Below are positions 19,801-31,800 of a stretch of DNA of 64,000 nt, piece by piece. The stretch spans positions 163,911 through 227,910 of the forward strand of contig NMRA01000108.1 in the NCBI GenBank assembly GCA_002633005.1, in the 5' to 3' direction. Both the position numbers and the translations under genes were made by a program. A model generated the notes under the pieces. The model saw only the letters and a program-made list of their open reading frames with translations. It searched no databases and was not told the DNA's origin. How positions within the stretch are numbered: the first letter of the stretch is position 1; each line of letters starts with the position of its first letter. This stretch comes from Phoronis australis (Eukaryota > Animalia > Phoronida).

Positions 19801-22800
19801 TTAAATGTGAAAATTTCAATTCTCTCCATTTTGTGCTGTATGTAATGTCACTGTCTTTCATGGTGCTATTCACATAAAAGTAATTATGTTGAATAATCAT
19901 ATTTCTGAATAGCTGAACTTCTCTACTCCATGAAATCTTTGGAAGTATTTTACTGAAACTCGCAGGATCATTGTATTGGAAAAACGCTGTGGTCTACTTT
20001 GGCCTGATATGTGGGCTTATTCTGCAATAGTAGTCACTCAAGAGACACTTTGGTGCGAACCCTTGGTCTGTAAACCAAAATAGTGAAATTTTCTTCAGTT
20101 TTCTCCCTTAATTCAACATTCTAGTGTCGCCGACCAATCACCTCAGTGGCAGCCATTTTGCAAACCACACCCACCTTTCAATGTCGTGCTCTTGCCAAAC
20201 TCGCCATACAGAATACCCTCCAGTTCTCAGTATCTTTATCGTCCGTAATCTTTCATAAAGTGACCATCGCCTACTCCTTTTTTATTGTGAAGCGCTTCAT
20301 TCTAGAATTCAACTGGAAAACCAAAAGCGAGATACCGAACATCTTCATAAGAAGCTGTTGACGGGGTCCAGAGGCAGCCCCCTTCGGACGTCATCGGTTC
20401 TTGACTTCAACCTGCCTAGTGCCACCTCATCTGTGTCACGTAGACCGTTGGATATGCCATCAACCACACGCAACTACAGCTACTTGTCACAGTATGTTCT
20501 CAGGATAAAATGTGTTCATACATTTGCCTGCTGCTCCACAAGTTGTTGAAAATGCATTTCTCATCTCTTAGTGTTTAGTTATGGAAAAATTGAGTTGTCA
20601 TACAGGTTTCATTCAGTTTTTAATTCTTTTTGAATGCCGATTATGTTAAGGGCTGTTCCATGTGGGAGGGGGGAGGCAATTGAAATTAAAATTTATGGGT
20701 GGTTGCGTTTGATTTAAATTCAAAATGGCTGGTGCTCGTACTTCAAAATAAAAAATTTTTACTGGTCGTTGTTGTTTCATTAGGCTATAAATTTTGTTGG
20801 TGGGTAATTTCAGTAAGTTTTATAATCAATCCGCACAGAATCAACAACTAATTTAAAACATAAACGCAACTTGCAAAAAGCTCCAACTTTTTCACTCCCT
20901 CCGATCTCCCCATCAGCATGCCCATAACACCAGTCAACCACAGGCGCTCGAATTTCTCGATGGCTAATAACCATATAAAAGAAACCATGTTTTCTTAGTA
21001 ATGAATGACGTCAGTGGTGATCGAGGAATAGATAAACTCAAGCGCCTGTGCAGTCTACCACAAGAAAATTACGGGGGGTTGCATTTCAAACTTATAAAAA
21101 ATTACAGGTGGTGGGCTGAGGAAATAAATGAAAAATATGGGTGGTGGGTGCGAAAAAAGTGCCTTTTCCTGCTCCCATACAGATTTTACTGGAACTGCCA
21201 GAACAGCCCTAATAATTTTTGCAAAAAAATCAGCAACAGATTTAAATTGCCATCATGGTCTCCGTCGTAGGGAGCTCATTGTATTTAAAAACAGGAGGGG
21301 TGTTGGTGAAGTTCATTTCACTCTCTCCTGTTATCAAAGCTTCTTGCAATTTAAGGCAACTTGTCCCAATATTTCTTAATAATTTAAGAGGAATGAAATT
21401 ATTTTAATAATATGATGAAAAGACAAAACGTCAGTGCTCTCGAAGTTAACGATGTATTGTGAGTAATTATGCAAATGAAGTGAGTACTAATTTACAAACA
21501 ACCCGGGTCCTCCAATGTGCCATATGATAACAAACTTGGGGGGAATTCTCATTTTTGTGTAAATGAGTGTGGTAATATTTTATCATTACCCTAATGAAAC
21601 AAAAGGCCCTGTTTTTTCTCATTTTTCTTAATTTCACTCTCAAATAACGGTTGTGTAGTATTTGGAGTTACTGGGGTTTTTATATGTTCACACTTGTTTT
21701 ACGTGTATCAGGTGGGGTGTTTATTTTAAAACTACTGCAGTTTAGATTGTTTCTTTTCCCGATTATACTTGTACCCACAGTTCTCCATATAGTCAGTAGG
21801 TGGCGCTTGCTACAAATTTAAATATTCACAGTTTTAAGAAGACATAGCATCTTTAAGGCAGAGTAGTCAGTAAAATCGTGTGATGTCAAAGTTACTTGTT
21901 TATACCACTTACCGCTGTATAATTATCTCAAGCAATAGCAAACTGTCAGTTGATTTCTAAGCCCAGAACTTCCGTCTGTTTTGAGTGAGTAACAATTTCT
22001 TCTTATTCTCGTTGATCAAATGGTCAAATCTGTTTTGATATTGACCATCATGATGAAGTATGTTCATTGCACTGTTGTTACGCGCCATAGGGGCCAAGTA
22101 TCCGACTTCGGCGTTGGTTTTTTATCCGAGGTTCCCTCTCGTAGAGAATTGGATGTCCGTTGCTTAGGAGTATCCTCTGCCCCTGGTTTTAAATCAGAGT
22201 TTTCCTTCTCCTAGAGACCAACAGTAAGTTGTTGAAATCAAAATTGTATATTTGAGACAGAAGACTGTTTGTCTACTAGTTAAACAATGAAGCAACATTC
22301 AAAAAATGCTGTTGTATTTGGCACTATTCTTTTGTTGTATGTATAGTCAAAGTGTAACCAAAATGACAACAAGCAATCACCCATTCAAATCACAGCTGTT
22401 TTGTCTGAGTTAGTGAGGAGGTATCAGAGAGTGAGATTGCTGTTACCAGCTCAGTTAAAGCGATGATAATTCACCTTTCACTACAAAAACAGAAACTACC
22501 CTAATTTTGAAATTGGTCTCATATTGTTCCGTAGTCAAGTCGGGTTTCTCGTGTTTAGAATGGTCTCAAGGAATAACAAACTGTCACTTCCTTGCAAGTA
22601 CAGAAGTCTTCGTGTTTGAGCAACGAAAAAGTTGAAACTGGTTGTGTTGTTTTTGGTGATCTAAATCAAATGCTTACTTCTTAATGGACAGAACGCTGGT
22701 TGATTGATGCTAATTTCCCCTTACATTATATTTTTAGGTCCCACCTGGAGAGGGCACTGCAACAGTCGCAAGAAACCGTCCAAGATCTCCGTAGGCGTAT

Positions 22801-25800
22801 AGTTCAGGTATTGGCTGTACTTCTTGAGCAAGTTTTCGGATATACAGAATTGATTAAATGCATGGCGCTTTTCATTGTTGACAGTCTTTATTCCGTTACG
22901 CTCATACCTTCGGAACAAAAGTCTACTCTCAACTGAGCATAGATAAAGTAACTGACCTAGCGATTTACTTTATCTATGTTCAGTTGAGAGTAGAGTTTGG
23001 TTCCGAAGGCATGAACATAATGGAATATGGACTGTCAACAATGGAAAGTGTCATGCATTTAATCAGTTCAGGTATTGTAAAATCAGTTCAGGTATTGTAA
23101 AATCAGTTCAGGTATTGTAAAAGTACACTCTCCGCCCTCTTGTTGTGTTGCAGAGTAGAAGAAAATTTCATTGTTATGATTGAGGTAGCTTAGCACTGCC
23201 ACACATGTCCTCTTAAATGTAACAAAAATGTCTGTCGTGTTTGACTGAAACTAATCAACATTTTGCAAAATTGGCCAATTTGTATGCAAGTTCCGTATTA
23301 TTTTTTTGATTAAAGGAATACCTCAAGAATTTCGGACAAACATAGTTACACCAAAATTGGTACTTTTTCACAATTCTAAGGCTCTTAACATGGATTTGAA
23401 TGTGCACAATGTCTCAAGATGTGGGCTTATGGTAGCTTTCTTATGGAACTTCAAAAGCACTTATCCAATGCTATTTATCTTTAATGGAAAAACAAATAAA
23501 ATGAAAGTGCATTCACCTGCTAAAATTTCGCCAACAAACTGAGAGACTATTACCCTAAAATTGTTACGTTCATCAATCCATATGCTGTGCTTTTTTTCCA
23601 ATCAGGCCAATGAAGAGTGCGAGAATCATCAGCGACAGTATAAGAACACGGTGGAGGAATTAAAGGGTCAGCTAAAGGAAACAGTAGCTGGACGGGATTC
23701 TCTCATGGAGATGAGGTATGTAACGCATTTCAACTACGCTCTCAGAGATCTACCTTATTTAGCCTATTTGAGGCCCTTGTTTAATTTCATCAGATAGTAG
23801 TTTATTTATACCAGCTGAGAGTGACAAGAAATTCAAGTCGCGAAGTTGGTCCACTTGTTTATTCTAACCAATTAAGCTGACTCCACAGCTTGTATTTGAG
23901 GCCTTATGTTGACAATACCTGCCTTTAAGTTACTAAATAAATAAGTTGCCCATGCCAAGTGACGTCATATGAAGGTCGCAAGCTATAATTTTTGAGATCC
24001 ATGCGACGTCTATCTATGGATATCTATGAGACGAGTTTGCGACCTAGTTGCCTATGGGAAGATGATACTGATGAACTTCTCTAAAACGAGGCTATCTGGT
24101 CAGAATTTTTACCTATTATCCGATTGGTATTTTTGCAAAATGTACTTTTTACGAAATGTTTTAAACGTTTTTAAGGTTTGTTCGAAAAGGAACTGTACAG
24201 TAATTAAAGGCGAAGGCAACCTTTTTCCATGTCATTTTGAGCTAAAATAAGGTTGGTTGGTTATCCTAGACATATTTTTCACTTAATTACAGCTTTTCAT
24301 AATTTTATTAATTACTCGTCCGCTTTTCCGGAAGTGACGTTTTAGGAGGCAAGCGCTTCCCGCCACTTGGTTTTGCGTTGAGCTTACTGTGCGAATCTGT
24401 TCTATTCTACTTTTGTTTTGTGCTATTTTTCACCAATTGTGGCCACCACTTTCCATCGGCGAGTATTCTGCGGCAAGATAGGTTAGTAAAGAACTCAACT
24501 GCGTTGGATTTAGGGATTATTTAGTGTGTTGTAAGCTGAAAATGGCTGGAGTCGGTGACCCGTATCACAGTGACAGTAGTGTGAGTGACGGAGACCTTGT
24601 TCACAGCAGTGGTGACGAGGAATTTTTTCACGGACATTCAGTGGGTGGGTACATGTTTGAGCCCGAGTANNNNNNNNNNNNNNNNNNNNNNNNNNNNNNN
24701 NNNNNNNNNNNNNNNNNNNNNNNNNNNNNNNNNNNNNNNNNNNNNNNNNNNNNNNNNNNNNNNNNNNNNNNNNNNNNNNNNNNNNNNNNNNNNNNNNNNN
24801 NNNNNNNNNNNNNNNNNNNNNNNNNNNNNNNNNNNNNNNNNNNNNNNNNNNNNNNNNNNNNNNNNNNNNNNNNNNNNNNNNNNNNNNNNNNNNNNNNNNN
24901 NNNNNNCGGGGACCTTCATCAGTTCAGCGTACAAATCCCTTTCGTAATCGGACGGCAGAAAGTGCTTGCCACACACACGGTAATTCTCCACTGCTTTGTA
25001 CGTTGCGTGGACGGGTAACGCTGCGTTCTTCACACGAACGAGCCAAGTACGGCGAAGTGTGTCATCCATCGGAAAGCGATGCAAAGGCAGTCCCAAAGCG
25101 CGCGTGAGCCGATAATTACTACATCCCGCCCAGTACGCAGCAACAGTGTGGCATGTTGACTGACTAGTAAATGAAAGCGAACGACGACGGAACTTAACAC
25201 AACCGAGATAGAACAATGACTGACTTGGCAGCTCTCACAGTCAGACTATGTGAAAAGAAATTGGCGGGAAGCGCTTGCCTGCTAAAACGTCACTTCCGGA
25301 AAAGCGGACGAATAATTAATAAAATTTATTTACGAAAAGCTGTAATTAAGTGAAAAATATGTCTAGGATAACCAACCAACCTTATTTTAGCTCAAAATGA
25401 CATGGAAAAAGGTTGCCTTTGCCTTTAATTGAAATCATTGAGCAGCTACGGGAAAAGTGTGTGTCCCGAGACAGAAAACAAACTGAAAATGAGAGATTGA
25501 AACGAGGCAATTTGAAATGTTGACAATTAAAATACAAAATTAATCAGAACATATCTCATTTTCGAGTTGCTTGCCGGACTCTAAAATGTTCATATAGAAG
25601 CTGAAAGTGAGACATGGTCCCGTGTTAAAGCGAATCTCTGACAAAGTGGAAAGTCTTGACTGTAAATGAACTATTATTTTTCCACTTCACCTTCTGCATT
25701 TGTGTATGATTACCATAGTGGCTGTGTAATAGATGCGTGCATTCAACAAACAGGCAAAAAGAAGCCACTTGCCAAGATGCACTGGTGAAAAAGTTACAGA

Positions 25801-28800
25801 ACACGCTGCAGCAACTTCACAAGACCAATGAAGATCAGGAGCAGGTGGGTGGTAAACAGGGTTAGGAAACAGTCCAGTGACTGGATTCATAATCATTCTG
25901 GCCTATTCACTGAGAGTCACGTCAGGTTCGGGAAGAAGTCGAGTGACCAGACCCATAAATACTCTGGCCTATCAATTGAGAATCATGTCAAGGTTGGGGA
26001 TTAAACATTCATTGACCAGGACTATGAATACTCCGGCTTTTCAGAACCATTTAGATTAGAAGTACGTAGTGGAAGATTGTAGTGTTTTGGTCACATTATA
26101 TGATTCTTAATCCAACTGTTTATACAGAGATTTACCAGGGTTTAGCCAAGGGATCCTACTGATGTCAAAGTACTGTCATTAGAATTAGAAATCTGACCTT
26201 CAATGTTTTTGTTGTGTCCAGAGGGTTCAATGTCCGGGTATGCCATCTGGCTACTAAAATTTGTGTCTTCAAGAATGATTAAGTAGGGCCAGGGAAACAG
26301 CAATTACTGTTTAATTAAATTAATCTTTACCAACAATTCAGATTAAAATTAAAACCATCGTCTGGCTTTAACCTTGTAATCCTGATGTGAGTAAGTATGA
26401 AATGGTGTTGTATTGTTCTACATTTTCCAACAATGTTGTGATTATTCTCACCTAGTTATGGTACATTTTCTATCATTTTTATTCGTGCTTTGTAGACCAT
26501 CAACGATCTCAACTCTCGGCTGGAGGGCCAGCAACAGGAAATGATGTCCCTGGACGGCACCATCAACCAGCTGCGCACCGTGCTGACAGACGTGGAGAGG
26601 CGGAGGGGGCGTGCCTTCTACGACACGGACCCTGCCCCCCATCAGACACCTAGCATGCTGCTGCATACGCTGGAGAAGATGATTCAAGAATACGAGGATG
26701 AGAGGGTGCGAAAGGAATCCAAAGTGAACCAGGTAAGCACACACACACACACACACACACGCACACTACGCGCGCACACACACGCACACACACACACACA
26801 CGCACACATACACATGGAGGGAGATTACTCCATGATTCCTACGAATCACAGAAAACCTAGAAATTACAAAAATTGTTTTCGCGGTTGAAAAACAATGAAT
26901 AGGTGACGGTAAAGTGGAGGAAATGTAGAAGGCTATGGAAAATGAAAATATGAAAAACGGACGAGTTCTTGTATTCAGATGTTTATCTGTGGTCTTCTTT
27001 TTGAGCAATAAATTACTCGTGTATTACACAGATACTGCTTGGATGTTCCAACAGTGTAGAAAATTACATATTAAAGATGCTTTAAACCTGTATTGCCTCA
27101 GTTGATTTTGCCGTAACTGTAGAATCTGTCCCATCTTCCTTACTTAAATGAGAAGGGATTATTGGGCTTGCAATGACCTTATTAAATACTTACAGCTGAC
27201 TGTGTATGAAATTTGGAATTTTGTGTCATGCTGTTTTGTATTTAATTGTTTTTCTTTTACTTTATGGTTACAGTAGTTAGTTTTAGTGGCCTGAGCCCAT
27301 GCTGGTCACAAAGCCCTGTATACCATCTAAAAATATACCATTTTCTCTTTCTCACACAGAATGTAAGGATATTTACAAGAGGTATTACCTACCACAAAAT
27401 GACTACTTCTATAATTAGACTCCTATCACAACCTGTGTTTAGACGACCAGTTACCCCTGCACAAGTCCCCCGCAGTCTTATTGTAACTTAACGCGGATCA
27501 GTAACACAATCTTATGCCATACCTGCCACTGGTGTGTTATGTAACTTTCAAATAAAGGTGTTCAAAATGGGAAGGTTTTATGGAAGACAATTATGCATTA
27601 TTTTCCTTTCGCTTGTGGTGGGGCTTCGTTGATCTTGTCAGTCTCAACCATTCGAAATGTTTCGTTGAAACATGGCCTTCGCTGTTGTCTTCACCAGAAG
27701 TTGAAATACGAGAGTTTGCAATAACATCTCCTACCTAGTGGTTGTCTTATTTTTACAATTGATTATTACTTGAATACTTTTCCTTTTACATGGTTAGTGG
27801 GATCCATCTTAAAAAGAACGCAATACCAGTTTCCTTCAATTCAATGCTAATAATTTTTGTAATTTTTCATAGTCCAATCACGATTTCATAATTTCTCTGT
27901 TAGTGGCTAATGATGCATTATTGCGTAATTTTGTATTTGTTTTGTCGTTCTTAACATAATTGTTAAAAAGTCGTCGACCAATAATAAAATGTTTAGTGAT
28001 CGATATGATCGGCCAGCAACAACGATTTCCATTTTGTCAATGGGTGTTTTGGTTGCACTTTTCGCACTGCTTACTTTGTAAAGAATCATTTGGATAATTA
28101 CACTGCTAACTGTTGATCTTCACCCCTGTGTAGTGTTCATGGTTGTCACATTTGTGCACTGTTGCACCATCTTCTAAACACGTCTGAGTAATATGAGAAA
28201 ACAGGTGGAGCCACCTGTCTTGTCACTGCTATTGTTCTCTGCGTCATTGGTGACATGTAAATTTATGTTTAATGAACTTTATGTTTCAGCATAATTGGGT
28301 TGTTTCGGTGATTCTACTTTCATTTATGACATTTTCTTTGTTCTCTGCAAATTATTGAGTCTTGCAGCCCTAATTTAAACTGACACTGTGCATGCTTTTT
28401 GAGGCTCAAAAGTCGGCAATTTCAAACCAAAATGAAACGAAACAGATTGATTTGGTTCAAGGTTAGGTGGTTCAAGGTTAGGTGGTTTAAGGTTAGGTGG
28501 TTCAAGGTTAGGTGGTTCAAGGTCAGGTGGGTCAAGGTTAGGTGGTTCAAGGTTAGGTGGTTCAAGGTTAGGTGGTTCAAGGTTAGGTGGTTCAAGGTTA
28601 AATGGTTCAAGGTTAGGTGGTTCAAGGTTAGGTGGAGTGTCACTGACAGATCTATGTATTAAGCCTAATATTTACAACAACTGTTCTAATTTTGTAAATT
28701 AAAGTATTTATTTTCTAAAGCCTGTAGATTTTTTTGATTTTTTCCAAGTTTTCCTGCGAATCTGCTCTCGGTTTATGCAACCATGTTTTTTCGTTTGAAA

Positions 28801-31800
28801 TTAAGCAAAAAAAACTAAGGTAAATTTGTAGCAAAATGTTCAAGATGAAATCTCAAAAAATCTCGTACAGTTTTCTAAATTCCCCTTTTGATTTCATTTT
28901 ATGCAACTTTTGACTTTTTTTATAATTCGGAAAGCCTTCATGCCACTGGGTCACTTAATTGGTAGCAGTTGTGTCTTGGAGAACAGTGCTTAAAGCACAG
29001 TACTTGAAATTTCATTTGAATCGCATCAGCCATCTCTGTGATATGATTGTCTGAAGTTAGCTAAATTTGGATATTTTTGTTAGGTCATGCATGAATTTAA
29101 AACACCAAAAATATGCCATATGAGCACCAGTGTGGACGTGGTACTCTCGTACTTTGAACTAGTTTCATTTTTATTGAAGCCCTAACTGAAATTCGTGCAA
29201 CTATTGTGTGCGAACGTACATTGTAGTCGCATTTGTGTTGAGCCGTTATACATGCACATTGTTGTTGCTTTAATTATCAACATTAGGTTCAATCTGTTTC
29301 TGTGTCTTTAACAACAGATATATTTTTTGGTTTCAGAACAACTTCCTGGTGCTCTATCTGTTCTAATGTGATATTCTGTTTTACATAATTCATTGATGAA
29401 AGGCTGCTTCACTTCTGTCACGAGTCATATACATTTTCTTTTTCTGTCCCATTTTAGAAATGACTGCTTTTTGTTTTTACATAACCATCTTTTTTCGTTA
29501 ACTTAGAAGTTATGCTAATCTTTTAGGTCTCCTTAGTTCTAAAATCTAACACGCTGTTAGTAGACAGGTATAATTAGCATAGTATTTATATAGCAATATG
29601 TCAGTTCAGTACTGATAATGTAATGTTTGTGTAATTTGATAACAAATATATTGGTTGAAGACATTGCCGGCTTTTGTCAATTGTAATAATAATAAAAATC
29701 CTGCCAGTTTGGGACACAATATGGCGGACAAGTGATTTTTTCTCTTTTTTTCAGAAAAGATGTGTAGCACCAAATTTTACTTTATCATGCTCAAGCTCAT
29801 GCCATAACTACCATAATTACAAAATATTTCTAAAAAAATGTGAGCTACAACAATGTTAGAAGATTTTAAAAAACCAAAAAATGGAAAATTTTGGGAATTA
29901 TTTTTGCCCTAAATTGGTGAGATTTTTCTTATCTTGCTCCGAGTCCTCGGGATAATTTGGGAACAACATGCTCTCAGTACAATGAAGTGCCAATGCTCAG
30001 TGTTGTGCCAACGTTGTGAGAGGACTGCAAGGAGGAAGGATTGATAGAAGCCGTTGTAATCTTTAGCCGTACTTGTATTGGAAGTAACTGCACAGTTTTG
30101 TAGGCTTGCTATGGGAAGCAGGCATTGTTTGGAAATTTCTAAATTTCATTGATTTTGTGCATTGTTAGCCTCTCACGTTTCTAAATTAAGGACATTTCGT
30201 AGCACTGCACACCTAACATGTGAATAGTTTAAGTACCATTGACAGTGTTTTGTAGTATTGAATAGAAGAATATATTTGTTTTTGCTTGTGTATGAATTTT
30301 AGTGTGATATTTTGGTGTCTAGATATGAATAAAACGCTGGTCAAATAATTATTCACTAAGTATGTGTTTTTTCTTTAGCTCGAAAGTGATCTGGAAGAGG
30401 TGAAAAAATCTAGCAGCACTCGAAATCAAGATTTGATTTCTCAACACCAAGAGAGGTAAAATGCTTGTAAATATACTGTATGTTGTTGATAGTCATAGAC
30501 ATATGTGACGTGTGTTTTTTTGTCTTTCTTTAGAGGAAGAAAGGGGAATTTTTGTTTAACCAGAATATGAAAAAAGAATACAAAAATGCTTGTAAATATA
30601 CTGTATGTTGTTGATAGTCATAGACATATGTGACGTGTGTTTTTTTTTGTCTTTCTTTAGAGGAAGAAAGGGGAAATTTTGTTTAACCAGAATATGAAAA
30701 AAGAATACAATGTGGAATTTAATATATGAATGAATGCATTTACCATGAGAAATTAAATTTTCTATTCCAAACAATTCTTTGAAACAGCATCTGTTTTACT
30801 ATGTATCTGATTTGGACGATCAACCTTAGTTTACATTGCCAATAGATAATCACCAACAGAAATATGAAAATAATTGTTAATATTGGATGATAACTGTTAT
30901 CTATCATCCATCCATGCTGGCTTTTGCCAAGTAAAACCGCACAGCTGGCAACTCACCACAGATGTTGTTGGAATCTGATTGGCAGATTGTGAACTTATGA
31001 CACCTGCACAGAGTTCTCCAGCTGTGCAGAAGACAGTCTAGTGGTTGTTTTAGTGTTAGAAAAGTGTGTGATAAATGCAACAATAGCTGAGTTTTTGTGC
31101 ATGGGGGGATATAGCTCAGTGGTAGAGCATTCGACTGCAGATCGAGAGGTCCCTGGTTCAAATCCGGGTGTCCCCTGCTTTCATTTTTTTCAGCTTAATA
31201 ACCTCATTAAGTTAATCTGATATCAAACTTAAATGTCACAGTGATTCTAGTGTAGTTAACATCCAAAAACACTTTGAATCCGCTGTGTGAACAGGTAAAT
31301 AATTTTAATGGCTATGGAACCGAGTTATCCCAACAAGTTGCATCATGTGTATGACATAGTGACAATGATTACATAATTTGTGCATAAATTTAAAATTTAG
31401 TCCGATAAAACTCCAGTTGTTGAGATGTTCAGTCTGTTGTTAAAGGGAAGCACAAAAATACTGTAGATTCTTGTAATTAACTATTAGGAAAATATGTATA
31501 CTGACATTTGAGCACTGTTGTCTACAAGCGAGTCAAGTATATTAAACATAATAAAAATAACAGGTGTCAGTGTGTTGGGGATATAGCTCAGTGGTAGAGC
31601 ATTCGACTGCAGATCGAGAGGTCCCTGGTTCAAATCCGGGTGTCCCCTGTTTGTTTTGTTTAAGTTTTGCTTGTGTTAATTGGAGTGCAGATCGAGATTT
31701 GAATGTGACAAATTCTGTCAAATGTTTTGCAAGTTTGCCGTGGCATTAAACACAAAATTACATCGATTGATAAACAACATCTGCCGCTCACAGTGATGCG

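Noticed and set aside
24524-25216. Long ORFs spanning the N gap
   Set aside because: Their length is an artefact of Ns; only the flanking stubs are informative.
25425-25523. Coiled-coil-looking frame LIEIIEQLREKCVSRDRKQ directly after the transposon, suggesting an interrupted exon
   Set aside because: No compatible splice sites, and the gene model closes in frame using exon 25754-25844.
28399-28662. ORFs with WFKVR / LNHLT repeats, and a possible CRISPR-like array
   Set aside because: These are translations of a 15 bp minisatellite with no spacers, in a eukaryotic intron.
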